DNA from: Candidatus Staskawiczbacteria bacterium
Lineage (GTDB): Bacteria; Patescibacteriota; Minisyncoccia; Minisyncoccales; Staskawiczbacteraceae
NCBI GenBank assembly: GCA_026395215.1
Contig: JAPLZC010000006.1
Location: 8,081 to 72,080 of the forward strand
Reading direction: 5' to 3'
DNA length: 64,000 nucleotides
In this document: piece after piece, positions 32,913 through 42,107 of the stretch
How the letters are laid out: each line of letters begins with the position of its first letter
How positions within the stretch are numbered: the first letter of the stretch is position 1
Notes under the pieces: generated by a model
What the model was told of the DNA's origin: nothing
Database searches by the model: none
What the model saw: the letters and a program-made list of their open reading frames with translations, nothing else
Translations under genes and position numbers: made by a program

Positions 32913-35408
32913 ATGGCGATTATTATTCCGGGTTTAATTTTAGTCTTTTTATTGATAGTCATGGCATTTGTCATGGTTTTAAATGCCGAAACAAATGAAA
33001 AGAATTCAGTTTTTGGTGGTTTGGAAATGACCTTGTTTTTGGTAATGATGCCAAAATACACTCCTAAGAAAGAAGGGGAGCAACAGAAAGAAGAAAAAAT
33101 GTTAATTGCCCAAATGGAGCAGGTTTTTGCAAACTTTCTGTATTTGAAAAAACCAAAAATGTTTCAAACTCCTCCGTCTTGCGCTTTTGAGATTGCGTCT
33201 CAAATTGGAAGTTCTGATATATCTTTTTACGTGGCTGTTCCAAAATATTTGGAAACGGTTTTCGAAAAATATGTGCAGGGAGTTTATCCAAATGCGGTTG
33301 TTGATAAAGTACCGCAAGATTACACAATTTTTGAGCCTCAAGGAGCTACTGCTGCTGCATATCTTAGGCTTTCAGAAAGTTTACTTTTTCCAATTAGCAC
33401 ATATCAGACTTTAGAAACAGATCCTTTGGCTGTGGTCACAAATAATCTTAGCAAAATTTCTGCTGATGAAGGAGGGGCTGTTCAGGTTCTAATTAGACCG
33501 CTGTCTAAATTAAATTTAAGAAGAAAAGGCGAAAAAGCGCTGAAAAAAATAAGAGAGGGAAAAGGAATACGGGAAGCCGTGGTACAAGCATCTCACGGTT
33601 CTTTTAGAGAGGCATTAGAGGATGCATTAAAGGTATTGCTTGGAAAAAGTCAAAAGAAAAAAGAAGAAGAGCTGGGTTTGAGAGAAAAAGAACAAAGCTT
33701 TGATCAAAAAGGGTATGATGCAATTCAAAATAAAATTCAAAAACAACCTTTTGAAGTAAATATAAGAATTGTTTCGTCTGCTCAGTCAGGACAGAGAGCA
33801 GAAGAAATTTTACATCAGCTTACTTCGGCATTCAGCCAGTTTTCTTTGTCAGCCATAAATAGTTTAGAGCCAAAAGAGGTTTATAAAAGAGAATTGCAAA
33901 AATTGGTTTATGATTTTAGTTTCAGAAATTTTAGTGAAAAACAGTCCAATGTGTTGAATCTTGAAGAGTTAGCATCTATTTATCATTTTCCAACGCAATA
34001 TGTTGAAACCCCATATATTAAGGCCGCAAAATCAGTCAGCGCACCTCCGCCTTCAGATTTGCCGGACAAGGGCGTATTGGCAATTGGAAAAGTTACTTAC
34101 AGAAACGAAGATAAAAAAGTTTATTTTGCATCACGCGTAGACAGGCGCAGACACTTTTACTATATTGGACAAACAGGTACTGGAAAATCTTGGTTTATGA
34201 AGGGTATGATTATTCAGGATATTTTAAATGGTGAAGGGGTTGCAGTTATTGATCCGCACGGAGAATTAATAGAAGATATATTGGCATTTATTCCAAAAGA
34301 AAGAATTGATGACGTTGTTATGTTTGAGCCGTTTGATTTGGAAAGGCCATGTGGATTGAATATGCTAGAGTACGACAGTCCCGAGCAGAAAGATTTTGCA
34401 GTGCAAGAAATGATAGCCATATTTATGAAGCTTTTCCCGCCGGAAATTATTGGTCCAATGTTTGAGCACTATATGAGAAACGCAATGTTAGCTTTAATGG
34501 CAGATAAAGATAATCCTGGAACATTGGTTGAGATTCCAAAAATGTTTACCGATCCCGCATTTTTGCAGACACGATTGGCAAAGGTTTCCGACCCTATTGT
34601 GCGATCTTTCTGGACAAAAGAATGGGCGCAAACAACCGGCTCTACAAGGTCTGATATGTTAGGATATGTTGTTTCCAAGCTTGGTAGATTTATTGAAAAC
34701 GAAATGATGAGAAATATTATAGGTCAGTCTCATTCTGGTTTTAATTTGGGCGATATAATGGATGGGAAAAAAATATTTTTGGCAAACTTATCTAAAGGTT
34801 TGACCGGCGAAGTTAACAGTTCGTTGCTTGGATTAATTTTGGTTTCAAAAATGCAAATGGCCGCTATGAGAAGAGCAAGAATTGCCGTAGAAAAAAGAGA
34901 AGACTTTTATTTATATATTGACGAGTTCCAAAACTTCACAACTGATTCAATTGCATCAATTTTATCTGAGGCTAGAAAATATAAGCTGTGCTTAATAATG
35001 GCTCACCAGTATATGCCACAACTAACTGACCAAATTAGGGAAGCGGTTTTAGGAAACGTTGGAACAATGGGGGCATTTAGAATTGGGGCTGAAGATGCAG
35101 AAAAACTAGAAAAGCAATTTGAGCCTGGGTTCTCACGATTTGACCTGGTTAATTTGGATAACTTTACAATGGTAATTAAGATGATGATAAATGATAAAAT
35201 TTCAACTCCGTTTAAAATGAATACTCTTCCTCCGCCAAAAGGCAAGCCAGAAATTGTTGAAGCCATCAAAAAAATATCAAAGTTAAAATACTCCAGAGCC
35301 CGCGCTATTGTAGAACAAGAAATCGCCACCCGTTCTTTCGCCGAACCTCCTCCAGTTGCGCCAGTTGCCCCAACTCCAGTTTCACCCATTATCCCACCTA
35401 AAAAATAA
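32913..35408 (+). CDS. VirD4/TraD/TraG-like (type IV coupling-protein-like) membrane ATPase
   Basis: N-terminal TM helices. Walker A GQTGTGKS, Walker B FYLYIDEFQNF and MAHQY. Pro-rich C-terminal tail. Confidence 0.7.
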   Translation: MAIIIPGLILVFLLIVMAFVMVLNAETNEKNSVFGGLEMTLFLVMMPKYTPKKEGEQQKEEKMLIAQMEQVFANFLYLKKPKMFQTPPSCAFEIASQIGSSDISFYVAVPKYLETVFEKYVQGVYPNAVVDKVPQDYTIFEPQGATAAAYLRLSESLLFPISTYQTLETDPLAVVTNNLSKISADEGGAVQVLIRPLSKLNLRRKGEKALKKIREGKGIREAVVQASHGSFREALEDALKVLLGKSQKKKEEELGLREKEQSFDQKGYDAIQNKIQKQPFEVNIRIVSSAQSGQRAEEILHQLTSAFSQFSLSAINSLEPKEVYKRELQKLVYDFSFRNFSEKQSNVLNLEELASIYHFPTQYVETPYIKAAKSVSAPPPSDLPDKGVLAIGKVTYRNEDKKVYFASRVDRRRHFYYIGQTGTGKSWFMKGMIIQDILNGEGVAVIDPHGELIEDILAFIPKERIDDVVMFEPFDLERPCGLNMLEYDSPEQKDFAVQEMIAIFMKLFPPEIIGPMFEHYMRNAMLALMADKDNPGTLVEIPKMFTDPAFLQTRLAKVSDPIVRSFWTKEWAQTTGSTRSDMLGYVVSKLGRFIENEMMRNIIGQSHSGFNLGDIMDGKKIFLANLSKGLTGEVNSSLLGLILVSKMQMAAMRRARIAVEKREDFYLYIDEFQNFTTDSIASILSEARKYKLCLIMAHQYMPQLTDQIREAVLGNVGTMGAFRIGAEDAEKLEKQFEPGFSRFDLVNLDNFTMVIKMMINDKISTPFKMNTLPPPKGKPEIVEAIKKISKLKYSRARAIVEQEIATRSFAEPPPVAPVAPTPVSPIIPPKK

Positions 35409-35442
35409 TTATATACAAATATAATATTAAAATAATAAAAAT

Positions 35443-36783
35443 ATGAAAAACGAAAGAAATATCGGAGAAGGTAGTGACGTTATTCCACAACCACAAGAAA
35501 CCGGTGTTGTTACTCCACCGGAGGCTGTTGTTGCACCGCCTGAAAAAGGTGGTAAATTATCAGCTGAGGAAAAGTTGGCTGCGCTAGAGCAGGGTATAAA
35601 AGATAGAGAAACAAAAAAAAGAGGCAGAAAGAAGAAAATGGCAGAAGACGTTGTGGATATGGAAGAAGGAAATAAAAAATTGGCGGAAAAAGTTAAAACT
35701 ATTAGCAAAAAGCCAGGTTTTGAGAGCGCAGTGGAATCAGAAACAAAAGGTCTGCGTGCGCAACAAGCGAAGTTAGAACAAGAGGCAGAAGATCTTTCTA
35801 AAAGAGCCAAGGAAATTAAAATTAAGGTTGGACGACTTCGTGGAAATGTAACACGCGGAGAAGAAAAAGACCTAGATGAAGCTCTTGCCGGCGTCGAAGA
35901 AATGGAAAATGAGGTAGCGGTAAAAAAGTCAAATGCTGAAGGTATAAAATACCAAATTTCTGATATAGCAAATAGACACCGCGAGGTGGAAATACAACAA
36001 CAAGTAACCGGTTATAACGCGGAGGAATTTGCTATAGATCAAGTTGCTTTAGCTAACGACCCGGAAAGATTTAATGCAGGTATTGAAGTACCAGAAGATG
36101 AAAAGAAAGAACTTGGAAGAGATGTTAAAGTAGAAGAAACGCGTAGGAAAGAAGAGGGCTGGGCAGAAGATGCGCACAGGGTTTTGAGCGAGTTTAGTGA
36201 GAAGTCGGAAAAAGAATTTCCAGAAGCCGTAGCTCAATTTGAGCAAATACTAAAAACTTTAAATTTTGAAGGTGGTGCAGGCCAGCAGTTATCGGCCAAA
36301 ATTGAAGCGGTAAAACAGGCTGACTCTAAATTAAAGCAAGCTGAGGGCGCATTTTTATTCAGAGATAAGAAACTTGCTAAAGCATATGAGGTTGAGACCG
36401 CTGCAAAAAATATCTTAGCTGAAGCACTTAATGGGTTAATGCAAGAGATAAGGAATGCTTCTCAGTATAGAATTAAGACTGATAAAGGTAGATACTCAAC
36501 GAGGATGTTTGGCTATGATATGTCAAAGGGTGCAATTTCTCCTGCTGAAGCTGACAGGAGCATTGCTTATATAAAGGATACTGTTTCGTCCGGGTCCAGT
36601 GATTATGATAAAAAGCTGGGCCAAACATTGCAAAATCCTGAAATTGCAAATACAATCGAGCAAGAAAGGGCTAAGGTGGTTAGTGAAGCAAAAGTAAAAA
36701 TTGCAGACGTCTCTCAAAGAGAACAGCAGGCTAGGGGAATATTGCAGAAAATTGCTACAGAATGCGGGATAAGAGTGGAATAG
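35443..36783 (+). CDS. hypothetical highly charged coiled-coil protein (446 aa)
   Basis: Long ORF with no TM helix and Lys/Glu-rich heptad-like sequence. Last gene of the four-gene cluster. Confidence 0.5.
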   Translation: MKNERNIGEGSDVIPQPQETGVVTPPEAVVAPPEKGGKLSAEEKLAALEQGIKDRETKKRGRKKKMAEDVVDMEEGNKKLAEKVKTISKKPGFESAVESETKGLRAQQAKLEQEAEDLSKRAKEIKIKVGRLRGNVTRGEEKDLDEALAGVEEMENEVAVKKSNAEGIKYQISDIANRHREVEIQQQVTGYNAEEFAIDQVALANDPERFNAGIEVPEDEKKELGRDVKVEETRRKEEGWAEDAHRVLSEFSEKSEKEFPEAVAQFEQILKTLNFEGGAGQQLSAKIEAVKQADSKLKQAEGAFLFRDKKLAKAYEVETAAKNILAEALNGLMQEIRNASQYRIKTDKGRYSTRMFGYDMSKGAISPAEADRSIAYIKDTVSSGSSDYDKKLGQTLQNPEIANTIEQERAKVVSEAKVKIADVSQREQQARGILQKIATECGIRVE

Positions 36784-36791
36784 ATTTAAAC

Positions 36792-36826
36792 AAAAAAACA
36801 CTCCGATGTACATCGGAGTGTTTTTG
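36792..36826. terminator. bidirectional terminator between the coiled-coil gene and efp
   Basis: acactccgatg/catcggagtgt stem flanked by an A run and a T run. Confidence 0.8.
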
Positions 36827-36833
36827 TTTTAAG

Positions 36834-37403
36834 TTATTCTTTTTCTACGCGTTTTACGTATTTGCCGTCTTCGGTGTTGATTTCAATAACGTCGCCTTCT
36901 TCAATGAAGAGGGGGACTTGTACAACTGCGCCAGATTCTAGTACGGCTTCTTTGGTTCCGGCCTGGGCTCGGTCGCCTTTAACTCCGGCGGCGGCTTCCT
37001 TAACTTTTAGCTGAACTTTTATTGGAAGTTTGAAAGTAATAATTTTTTCCTCAAAGACAATTCCGGTAACAATCTCGTTTGGTCTTAAATATTTTGCTTG
37101 TACTCCAATTTGAGCTTCTGTAAAGGAAAGCCTTTTTGACGGGTCATTTGGTTCACAGAAAAAACATTGGCCTTTTGTTTGGTAAAGGAATTTTATTTCT
37201 TTTTTCTCCAAATTAGCTTCGTCAAACATATCTCCCTGTTGGAAGCTTTGTTCTTGAACTCTGCCGTCAACCAAATTTCTTATTTTGGTTCTTACAACCG
37301 GCCGTCTTTGCGCCATTTTCATAGAGTTGGCGTCTAAAACCTCCCAAGGTTGCCCCTCAAAAATAAATTGCGTCCCCGGTTTTAAATCTGTATGGTATAA
37401 CAT
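36834..37403 (-). CDS. efp: elongation factor P
   Basis: 189 aa. LKPGTQFIFEGQPWEVLD start and three OB/KOW-like domain length. Confidence 0.9.
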   Translation of the reverse strand: MLYHTDLKPGTQFIFEGQPWEVLDANSMKMAQRRPVVRTKIRNLVDGRVQEQSFQQGDMFDEANLEKKEIKFLYQTKGQCFFCEPNDPSKRLSFTEAQIGVQAKYLRPNEIVTGIVFEEKIITFKLPIKVQLKVKEAAAGVKGDRAQAGTKEAVLESGAVVQVPLFIEEGDVIEINTEDGKYVKRVEKE

Positions 37404-37419
37404 TTTAACTACTGATTGA

Positions 37420-37495
37420 CACAGATTCTTAACGGATTTTCACGGATCACAGATTTTAGTATCCGTGATATGTGTAAATCCGTAATTTATCTGTG
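37420..37495. repeat. nested inverted-repeat (word-palindrome) element between the HhH gene and efp
   Basis: cacagat 37420 pairs with atctgtg 37489. acggattt 37432 pairs with aaatccgt 37476. tcacggat 37440 pairs with atccgtga 37461. Confidence 0.7.
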
Positions 37496-37509
37496 CAAAT
37501 TTGTTTTAT

Positions 37510-38178
37510 TTATTGTACTATTTTCCATTCTATTTCTTCTTTTTTTCCGGCGTATTCTAGCCATTCGCCGTCTTTTATTACAAACCATTTCTTTTTGGTT
37601 TCGGAGAAAATCATTGGATCGCCTCTATAAAATGGTTTTTTAACTATTTCTTTTGGCTTTAATCTATCTAGTTCAAGCCATTTTTTGAAAACAGTCTCAA
37701 TAGTATAATCTAGTTTTCTAGAATTTGCCCAATTGGCAATCTTGGTTATTGCTTCTTTTGAAGCCTCAACCGAACCTGCTAAATCCAGCAATTGCTTTGC
37801 GGGTTTAGTATACCTAGAATATATTATCTTCCTCTTTTTAGCATTTTCTTTTAATTCTTGCAACCCCAACCCCTTTGTCTGGAAAAAGTGCGCAATTACA
37901 TTCTGTATAGCCGTTTCCTCGTTTAGCTCTTCAAATTCTTTAATTCTTTCATGTTTTATATACTCCTCAATCTTCTTGGCATTCTTCTCCCCAATGCCCA
38001 ATTCCCGTATTCCCTTAAGTCCTTTCTCTTTATATATATCACTAATATCAACCTTCAAATGATTCAAAATATTGATGGCATTCCTATAAGCCCTAATTTT
38101 GTAACTCAAAGCCTTATCTCCCTTAATCTCCAGAAGCCTAATAGTCTCCCCAAATATTTCCGCTATTTCTTTGTTCAT
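37510..38178 (-). CDS. helix-hairpin-helix domain protein (PolX N-terminal-like)
   Basis: The N-terminus NKEIAEIFGETIRLLEIKGD..YRNAINIL..IRELGIGEKNAKKIEEYI resembles the 8-kDa/HhH region of family X polymerases. No polymerase domain is present. Confidence 0.45.
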   Translation of the reverse strand: MNKEIAEIFGETIRLLEIKGDKALSYKIRAYRNAINILNHLKVDISDIYKEKGLKGIRELGIGEKNAKKIEEYIKHERIKEFEELNEETAIQNVIAHFFQTKGLGLQELKENAKKRKIIYSRYTKPAKQLLDLAGSVEASKEAITKIANWANSRKLDYTIETVFKKWLELDRLKPKEIVKKPFYRGDPMIFSETKKKWFVIKDGEWLEYAGKKEEIEWKIVQ

Positions 38179-38359
38179 GCACCTTCATTTTATCACAAGC
38201 GCAGGGAAGTGGCACTATTGACATTGTCATATTATATTGTAATATAAGAATAATTCTTATTCGGATGGATAAGTCGTCCTTAGCGAGAGCGAAGGATAAG
38301 GAGGTTCTAGTCTTGCCTCAACTCAAGACTGATTAGTACAAATACAAAGGAGGTGCCGT

Positions 38360-38698
38360 ATGGCACGCTTCACAATCACAAACGGTCCCAGCAAATGGGA
38401 GTTTATCTTGGCTATCTTCGACGGGGATTCCCGTGCCCGGAGAGCCGTCACATTCGTTCTTAATGATCCCCGACGTGAACTGTCAGAGGATTATGGAGAG
38501 GTGGTATTGGATGATGCCAATCCTCCTTATCTTACCTTTGTCATCAACGGGGCTGAGAGGGTAGATGGTAGCGATGACAACTGGCATTTCAAGGGTTTTT
38601 ACCCTCACGCCACGGGTCACATCTTTGCGAGGGGTACCTTCTCTACCAAAGACCGCAAAGGATGGGTGGAGTGGGATTGTGACTACTCGAACTCCTAA
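38360..38698 (+). CDS. hypothetical protein, GC-rich cassette h (112 aa)
   Basis: Promoter TTGACA 38218-38223, 16-nt spacer, TAATAT. Strong AAGGAGGTG 4 nt before the ATG. Own terminator. No family recognised. Confidence 0.6.
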   Translation: MARFTITNGPSKWEFILAIFDGDSRARRAVTFVLNDPRRELSEDYGEVVLDDANPPYLTFVINGAERVDGSDDNWHFKGFYPHATGHIFARGTFSTKDRKGWVEWDCDYSNS

Positions 38699-38728
38699 GT
38701 CCTAGATGGTCAGAAGATCAATTCTTTA

Positions 38729-38767
38729 CCTCAGTCAGTATGGAAGCTGATTGGGGTTCTTTTTTTG
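38729..38767 (+). terminator. rho-independent terminator after cassette h
   Basis: 10-bp stem cctcagtcag/ctgattgggg including G-U pairs, followed by a T-rich run. Confidence 0.7.
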
Positions 38768-38797
38768 GAGAAATATGGTAACATTAAAAAATAAATT

Positions 38798-38899
38798 ATG
38801 GAAAAACGACACAGAATATTTGTGGCGATTAATTTGCCGGGGGAGAGTTTGTTCGACGTCCGACATCGAACAAACTTAAAATTTTGGTATAATAAATAA
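38798..38899 (+). pseudogene. displaced 5' fragment of thpR fused to element sequence (33 codons)
   Basis: MEKRHRIFVAINLP matches the thpR N-terminus MEKRHRVFVAINLP. The reading frame runs through hairpin H1. Its TAA stop abuts the ATG of the HUH gene. Confidence 0.6.
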
Positions 38900-39667
38900 A
38901 TGGCTTATATACGTCCACAATTAATTAATGATGAATATTATCATATTGTAAGCAAAACTGTTGGTGATACGGTTGTATTTGAGAAGGAGGACGATTTTTT
39001 TCGAGGTATTTTTTCTATTTATGAATTTAATAATGCTAACCCCGTAAGCATATCTCGGAGACGGCGTGATCGTAAAACGGAAAAGAAACTAGAAAAACAA
39101 AATGTTCAACGTCCGACGTCGAACAATTTAGTTGATAAAAGAGATAGATTTGTAGATATTCTTGCTTTTTCTTTTATGCCGAATCATTTGCATTTAATTT
39201 TGAAACAGTTAAAGGACAACGGAATAACTGAATTCATGAAGAAGGTTAACGGTGGGTACGCAAAGTATTTTAATGAAAGATATAAAAGGCAAGGGCATTT
39301 ATTTAATAAGTTTCGAGCAGTGCACATTGAGGATGACAATCAACTGGAAACCGCCTTCGTGTATGTGCATACGAATTTGATATCTATGATAAAGCCTGGT
39401 TGGAAAGAAAAAGGAATAAATAATTCTGATAAAGTAATAAAATTTTTAGAGAATAATAAGCGGCATAGCTATATGGACTATCTTGGGAAAAAAGCCTTTC
39501 CGTCCGTAACACAAAGAGAATTTTTTCTGGAAGCTATGGGCGGGGTAGATGGATGTAAAACATTTGTTGATGCACGGATAAATCATAAAAAAGAATTAAA
39601 AGACTGGAGTGATATTGTTCTAGAATAATTAAAATTGTTCAACGTCGGACGTCGAACAACTATATTT
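38839..39667 (+). mobile_element. HUH/RAYT-like element with REP-like terminal hairpins inserted in the 5' end of thpR
   Basis: Bounded by 41-bp imperfect direct repeats (38798-38838 / 39668-39708). Hairpin H1 is at 38846-38876 and H3 at 39635-39659, with their loops inverted (tccga versus tcgga). The internal copy H2 is at 39103-39125. Confidence 0.6.
38900..39628 (+). CDS. HUH Y1 transposase-like protein (IS200/RAYT family)
   Basis: HUH motif in FMPNHLHLILKQ and a Tyr motif in FVYVHTNLI. 242 aa. Confidence 0.65.
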   Translation: MAYIRPQLINDEYYHIVSKTVGDTVVFEKEDDFFRGIFSIYEFNNANPVSISRRRRDRKTEKKLEKQNVQRPTSNNLVDKRDRFVDILAFSFMPNHLHLILKQLKDNGITEFMKKVNGGYAKYFNERYKRQGHLFNKFRAVHIEDDNQLETAFVYVHTNLISMIKPGWKEKGINNSDKVIKFLENNKRHSYMDYLGKKAFPSVTQREFFLEAMGGVDGCKTFVDARINHKKELKDWSDIVLE

Positions 39668-40246
39668 ATGGAAAAGAGACATCGAGTATTTGTGGCGATT
39701 AATTTGCCTCATGAGATTAGGAAGGAGCTTTTTGAGTATTCGGAAAAGCATTTGGATTTGCCGGCAAAATGGACTGCAAAAGACAATTTGCATATTACGT
39801 TGGAATTTTTGGGAGCGTTGACTGATGAGGAAGCTGGGGAAGTTTGTTTAGCCGTAAAAGAAGTTGCTGAAAGACATAGCAGTTTTTCTTTGAATTTGAA
39901 TAAAATTTTATATGGGCCTCCTAATCTAAAAGCTGGTCAGGCGCCAAAGTTTGTTTGGGCCGAGGGGGATAAATCAGAAGAGTTGTCAGCACTGCGCGAA
40001 GATTTGGAAAATTCTTTAGCTGAGAAAGTTGCTTTTGTCCCAGAAAACAGAGTTTTTGCTCCGCATATTACGTTGGCCCGCATCAGCTCATGGGAATGGA
40101 AAGCAATTGAACCTGAAGAAAGACCCGAAATAAACGAAAATCTAGATTTACTTTTTACTGTAGAATCCATTGAAGTTATGGAATCGGAAAAAAGAAAAGA
40201 TGGGCAGGTTTACACGGTTTTAGAATCTCATCAATTAAATAATTAA
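39668..40246 (+). CDS. thpR: RNA 2',3'-cyclic phosphodiesterase / 2'-5' RNA ligase family (ThpR/LigT)
   Basis: Two HxT motifs (HITLEFLG, HITLARI). Start taken at ATG 39668 rather than the track start at 39635. Confidence 0.85.
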   Translation: MEKRHRVFVAINLPHEIRKELFEYSEKHLDLPAKWTAKDNLHITLEFLGALTDEEAGEVCLAVKEVAERHSSFSLNLNKILYGPPNLKAGQAPKFVWAEGDKSEELSALREDLENSLAEKVAFVPENRVFAPHITLARISSWEWKAIEPEERPEINENLDLLFTVESIEVMESEKRKDGQVYTVLESHQLNN

Positions 40247-40267
40247 TATAATAATAATTTTAAAAAT

Positions 40268-40486
40268 ATGTTTGAAGAATTAAAAACGCGAGAACCTGGA
40301 GACAATCCAGACAAAAAATTTACAATTAAAATTATTTGTAGCTGGTGTGAAAAAGATATGGGCACAAAAGAGGCAGAGGAACCAGGGGAGACTCATAGTA
40401 TCTGTCCAGATTGCAAGAAGAAATTTGTCGATGAATTTGAAGAAAACAAAAACACCAATAATCCTGAAAAGGAAGAAGCAGCATAA
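40268..40486 (+). CDS. small zinc-ribbon protein (72 aa)
   Basis: CSWC..CPDC pairs. Backbone composition. Confidence 0.5.
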   Translation: MFEELKTREPGDNPDKKFTIKIICSWCEKDMGTKEAEEPGETHSICPDCKKKFVDEFEENKNTNNPEKEEAA

Positions 40487-40493
40487 TTTTAAA

Positions 40494-41786
40494 ATGAAGA
40501 TACATTTGATTGGAATTGGGGGGATAGGGGTGTCGGCGTTGGCACAATACTATTTGGCAAAGGGGCACGAGGTTAGTGGCTCTGATTTGGTTGCTTCGGA
40601 AATTACGGAATTTTTGAAAAAAAGGGGTGTTGAGATTTTTATTGGAAATTCTGCTGAAAATATAAAACAGGATTTAGATTTAGTGGTGTACAGCCCAGCA
40701 GTAAAGTCTGATAATCCAGAGTATAAAAAGGCAAAAGAGCTGGAAATAAAAACCCAGAGTTATCCTGAAGCGCTGGGGGATTTAACTAGGGAATATTTTA
40801 CAATTGCGGTTTCGGGAGCGCATGGAAAAAGCACAACAACTGCAATGATTGCTTTAATTTTATCAGCGGCGGGGTTAGATCCAACGGTTATTGTTGGCAC
40901 AAAATTAAAGGAATTTGGGAATAGTAATTTTAGAATAGGAAAAGGTAGATTTTTAGTTATAGAGGCTTGTGAATATGATTCTTCATTTTTAAATTATTCG
41001 CCAAAAATAATTGTAGTAACAAATGTTGATAAAGAACATTTGGATTATTTTAAAACTTTTGAAAACGTGAAGAAAGCTTTTGAGAATTTTATTGTGCGAC
41101 TACCAGCGGATGGGTTTTTAGTTTTTAACAAAGACGACAAAAATATTTTATTACCTAAGAAATTTGATTTTAAGGTTTCCAGTTTTTTCTTAAAACAGAA
41201 GGAAGCTAAAAAGGTTAAAATAATGTTGCAGGTGCCCGGTCAACATAATATCTCAAACGCGTTGGCAGCTTTGCAGGTAGCAAGAATTATGCGAATTCCC
41301 GATATTATTTCTTTTAAAGCGCTTTCTGAGTTTCAAGGAACATGGAGGAGATTTGAAGTAAGAGAGGCTAATATAAATGGGAAAAAAGTAACAGTTATTT
41401 CTGACTATGCGCATCACCCTAACGAAATTTCGGCAACCTTACAGGCTGCACGAGAAAAATATGGGAAAGAAAGAATTTGGTGTATTTTCCAACCGCATCA
41501 ACATCAAAGAACGTTTTATTTATTTGATGACTTTGTTAAAACTTTTAGAAAAGCCAAAATAGACAAAATAATTATTACAGACATCTACGACGTAGCCGGT
41601 AGAGAAGAGAAAAGTATAAATGAAGAAGTAAGTTCAGAAAAATTAGTAAAAAAAATAAACCGAAAGAATGTTTCATATTTACCAATGAATAGTTTAGAAA
41701 AATATATCACAGAGAATGTCAAAAGCGGGGAAGTGCTAATAATAATGGGCGCCGGAGACATTTATAAACTTGCTGATAAGTTTTAG
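40494..41786 (+). CDS. murC: UDP-N-acetylmuramate--L-alanine ligase
   Basis: MKIHLIGIGGIGVSALA Rossmann start and P-loop GAHGKSTTT. Start taken at ATG 40494 rather than 40347. Confidence 0.9.
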   Translation: MKIHLIGIGGIGVSALAQYYLAKGHEVSGSDLVASEITEFLKKRGVEIFIGNSAENIKQDLDLVVYSPAVKSDNPEYKKAKELEIKTQSYPEALGDLTREYFTIAVSGAHGKSTTTAMIALILSAAGLDPTVIVGTKLKEFGNSNFRIGKGRFLVIEACEYDSSFLNYSPKIIVVTNVDKEHLDYFKTFENVKKAFENFIVRLPADGFLVFNKDDKNILLPKKFDFKVSSFFLKQKEAKKVKIMLQVPGQHNISNALAALQVARIMRIPDIISFKALSEFQGTWRRFEVREANINGKKVTVISDYAHHPNEISATLQAAREKYGKERIWCIFQPHQHQRTFYLFDDFVKTFRKAKIDKIIITDIYDVAGREEKSINEEVSSEKLVKKINRKNVSYLPMNSLEKYITENVKSGEVLIIMGAGDIYKLADKF

Positions 41787-41829
41787 GGCCGGATATTGAC
41801 ACAGGATCCTGTTGTGATATGATTAACAT

Positions 41830-42078
41830 ACATTGAAAATTACAAAACCGTTGAGTTAGGTCCTTTGGTTCCCAAGACCAGAGGGTGGGCCTAATTCGCC
41901 CCGTCATCCGACAGGGCAAGGTGATTCTTGCGTAAGTGAGAGTCCGGCTTCCTCCGTAATCATAGGATAACTGCTTCTATAAGAGTCAGTGAGAACAAAC
42001 AAAGGTGGTACCACGAGATAATTCCTCGTCCTTTGCGCTCCGACATTACGTCGGAGTCCAGAGGACGGGGATTTTTTT
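41830..42078 (+). ncRNA. T-box riboswitch leader (antiterminator/terminator resolved, Stem I not resolved)
   Basis: Promoter TTGACA 41796-41801, 16-nt spacer, TGaTATGAT 41815-41823. T-box core AAAGGUGGUACCACGAG at 42001-42017. The antiterminator is aaagg/ccttt plus acgag/ctcgt with a UGGUACC bulge. The competing terminator pairs 42024-42035 with 42059-42070, with the inner stem ctccgac/gtcggag, followed by a T7 run. Confidence 0.75.
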
Positions 42079-42107
42079 GTACATTCACAACTAATTAGGA
42101 GAGTGCC

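Noticed and set aside
40347-40493. N-terminal extensions offered by the ORF track: murC from 40347, tyrS from 42309, aspS from 43567, thpR from 39635, GIY-YIG from 4031, adaptor from 28527 and the 32518 TTG start.
   Set aside because: The extensions run through upstream genes, terminators or repeat elements. Conserved protein N-termini begin at the internal ATGs (40494, 42396, 43606, 39668, 4085, 28542, 32530).
41936-41957. GAGAGUCCGGCUUCCUCCG as a hint of RNase P RNA (GAGGAAAGUCCGGGC) or SRP RNA (GUCCGGAAGGAAGC).
   Set aside because: Only a short partial resemblance exists, with none of the other universally conserved blocks nearby. The segment lies inside a leader that ends in an unambiguous T-box antiterminator/terminator.
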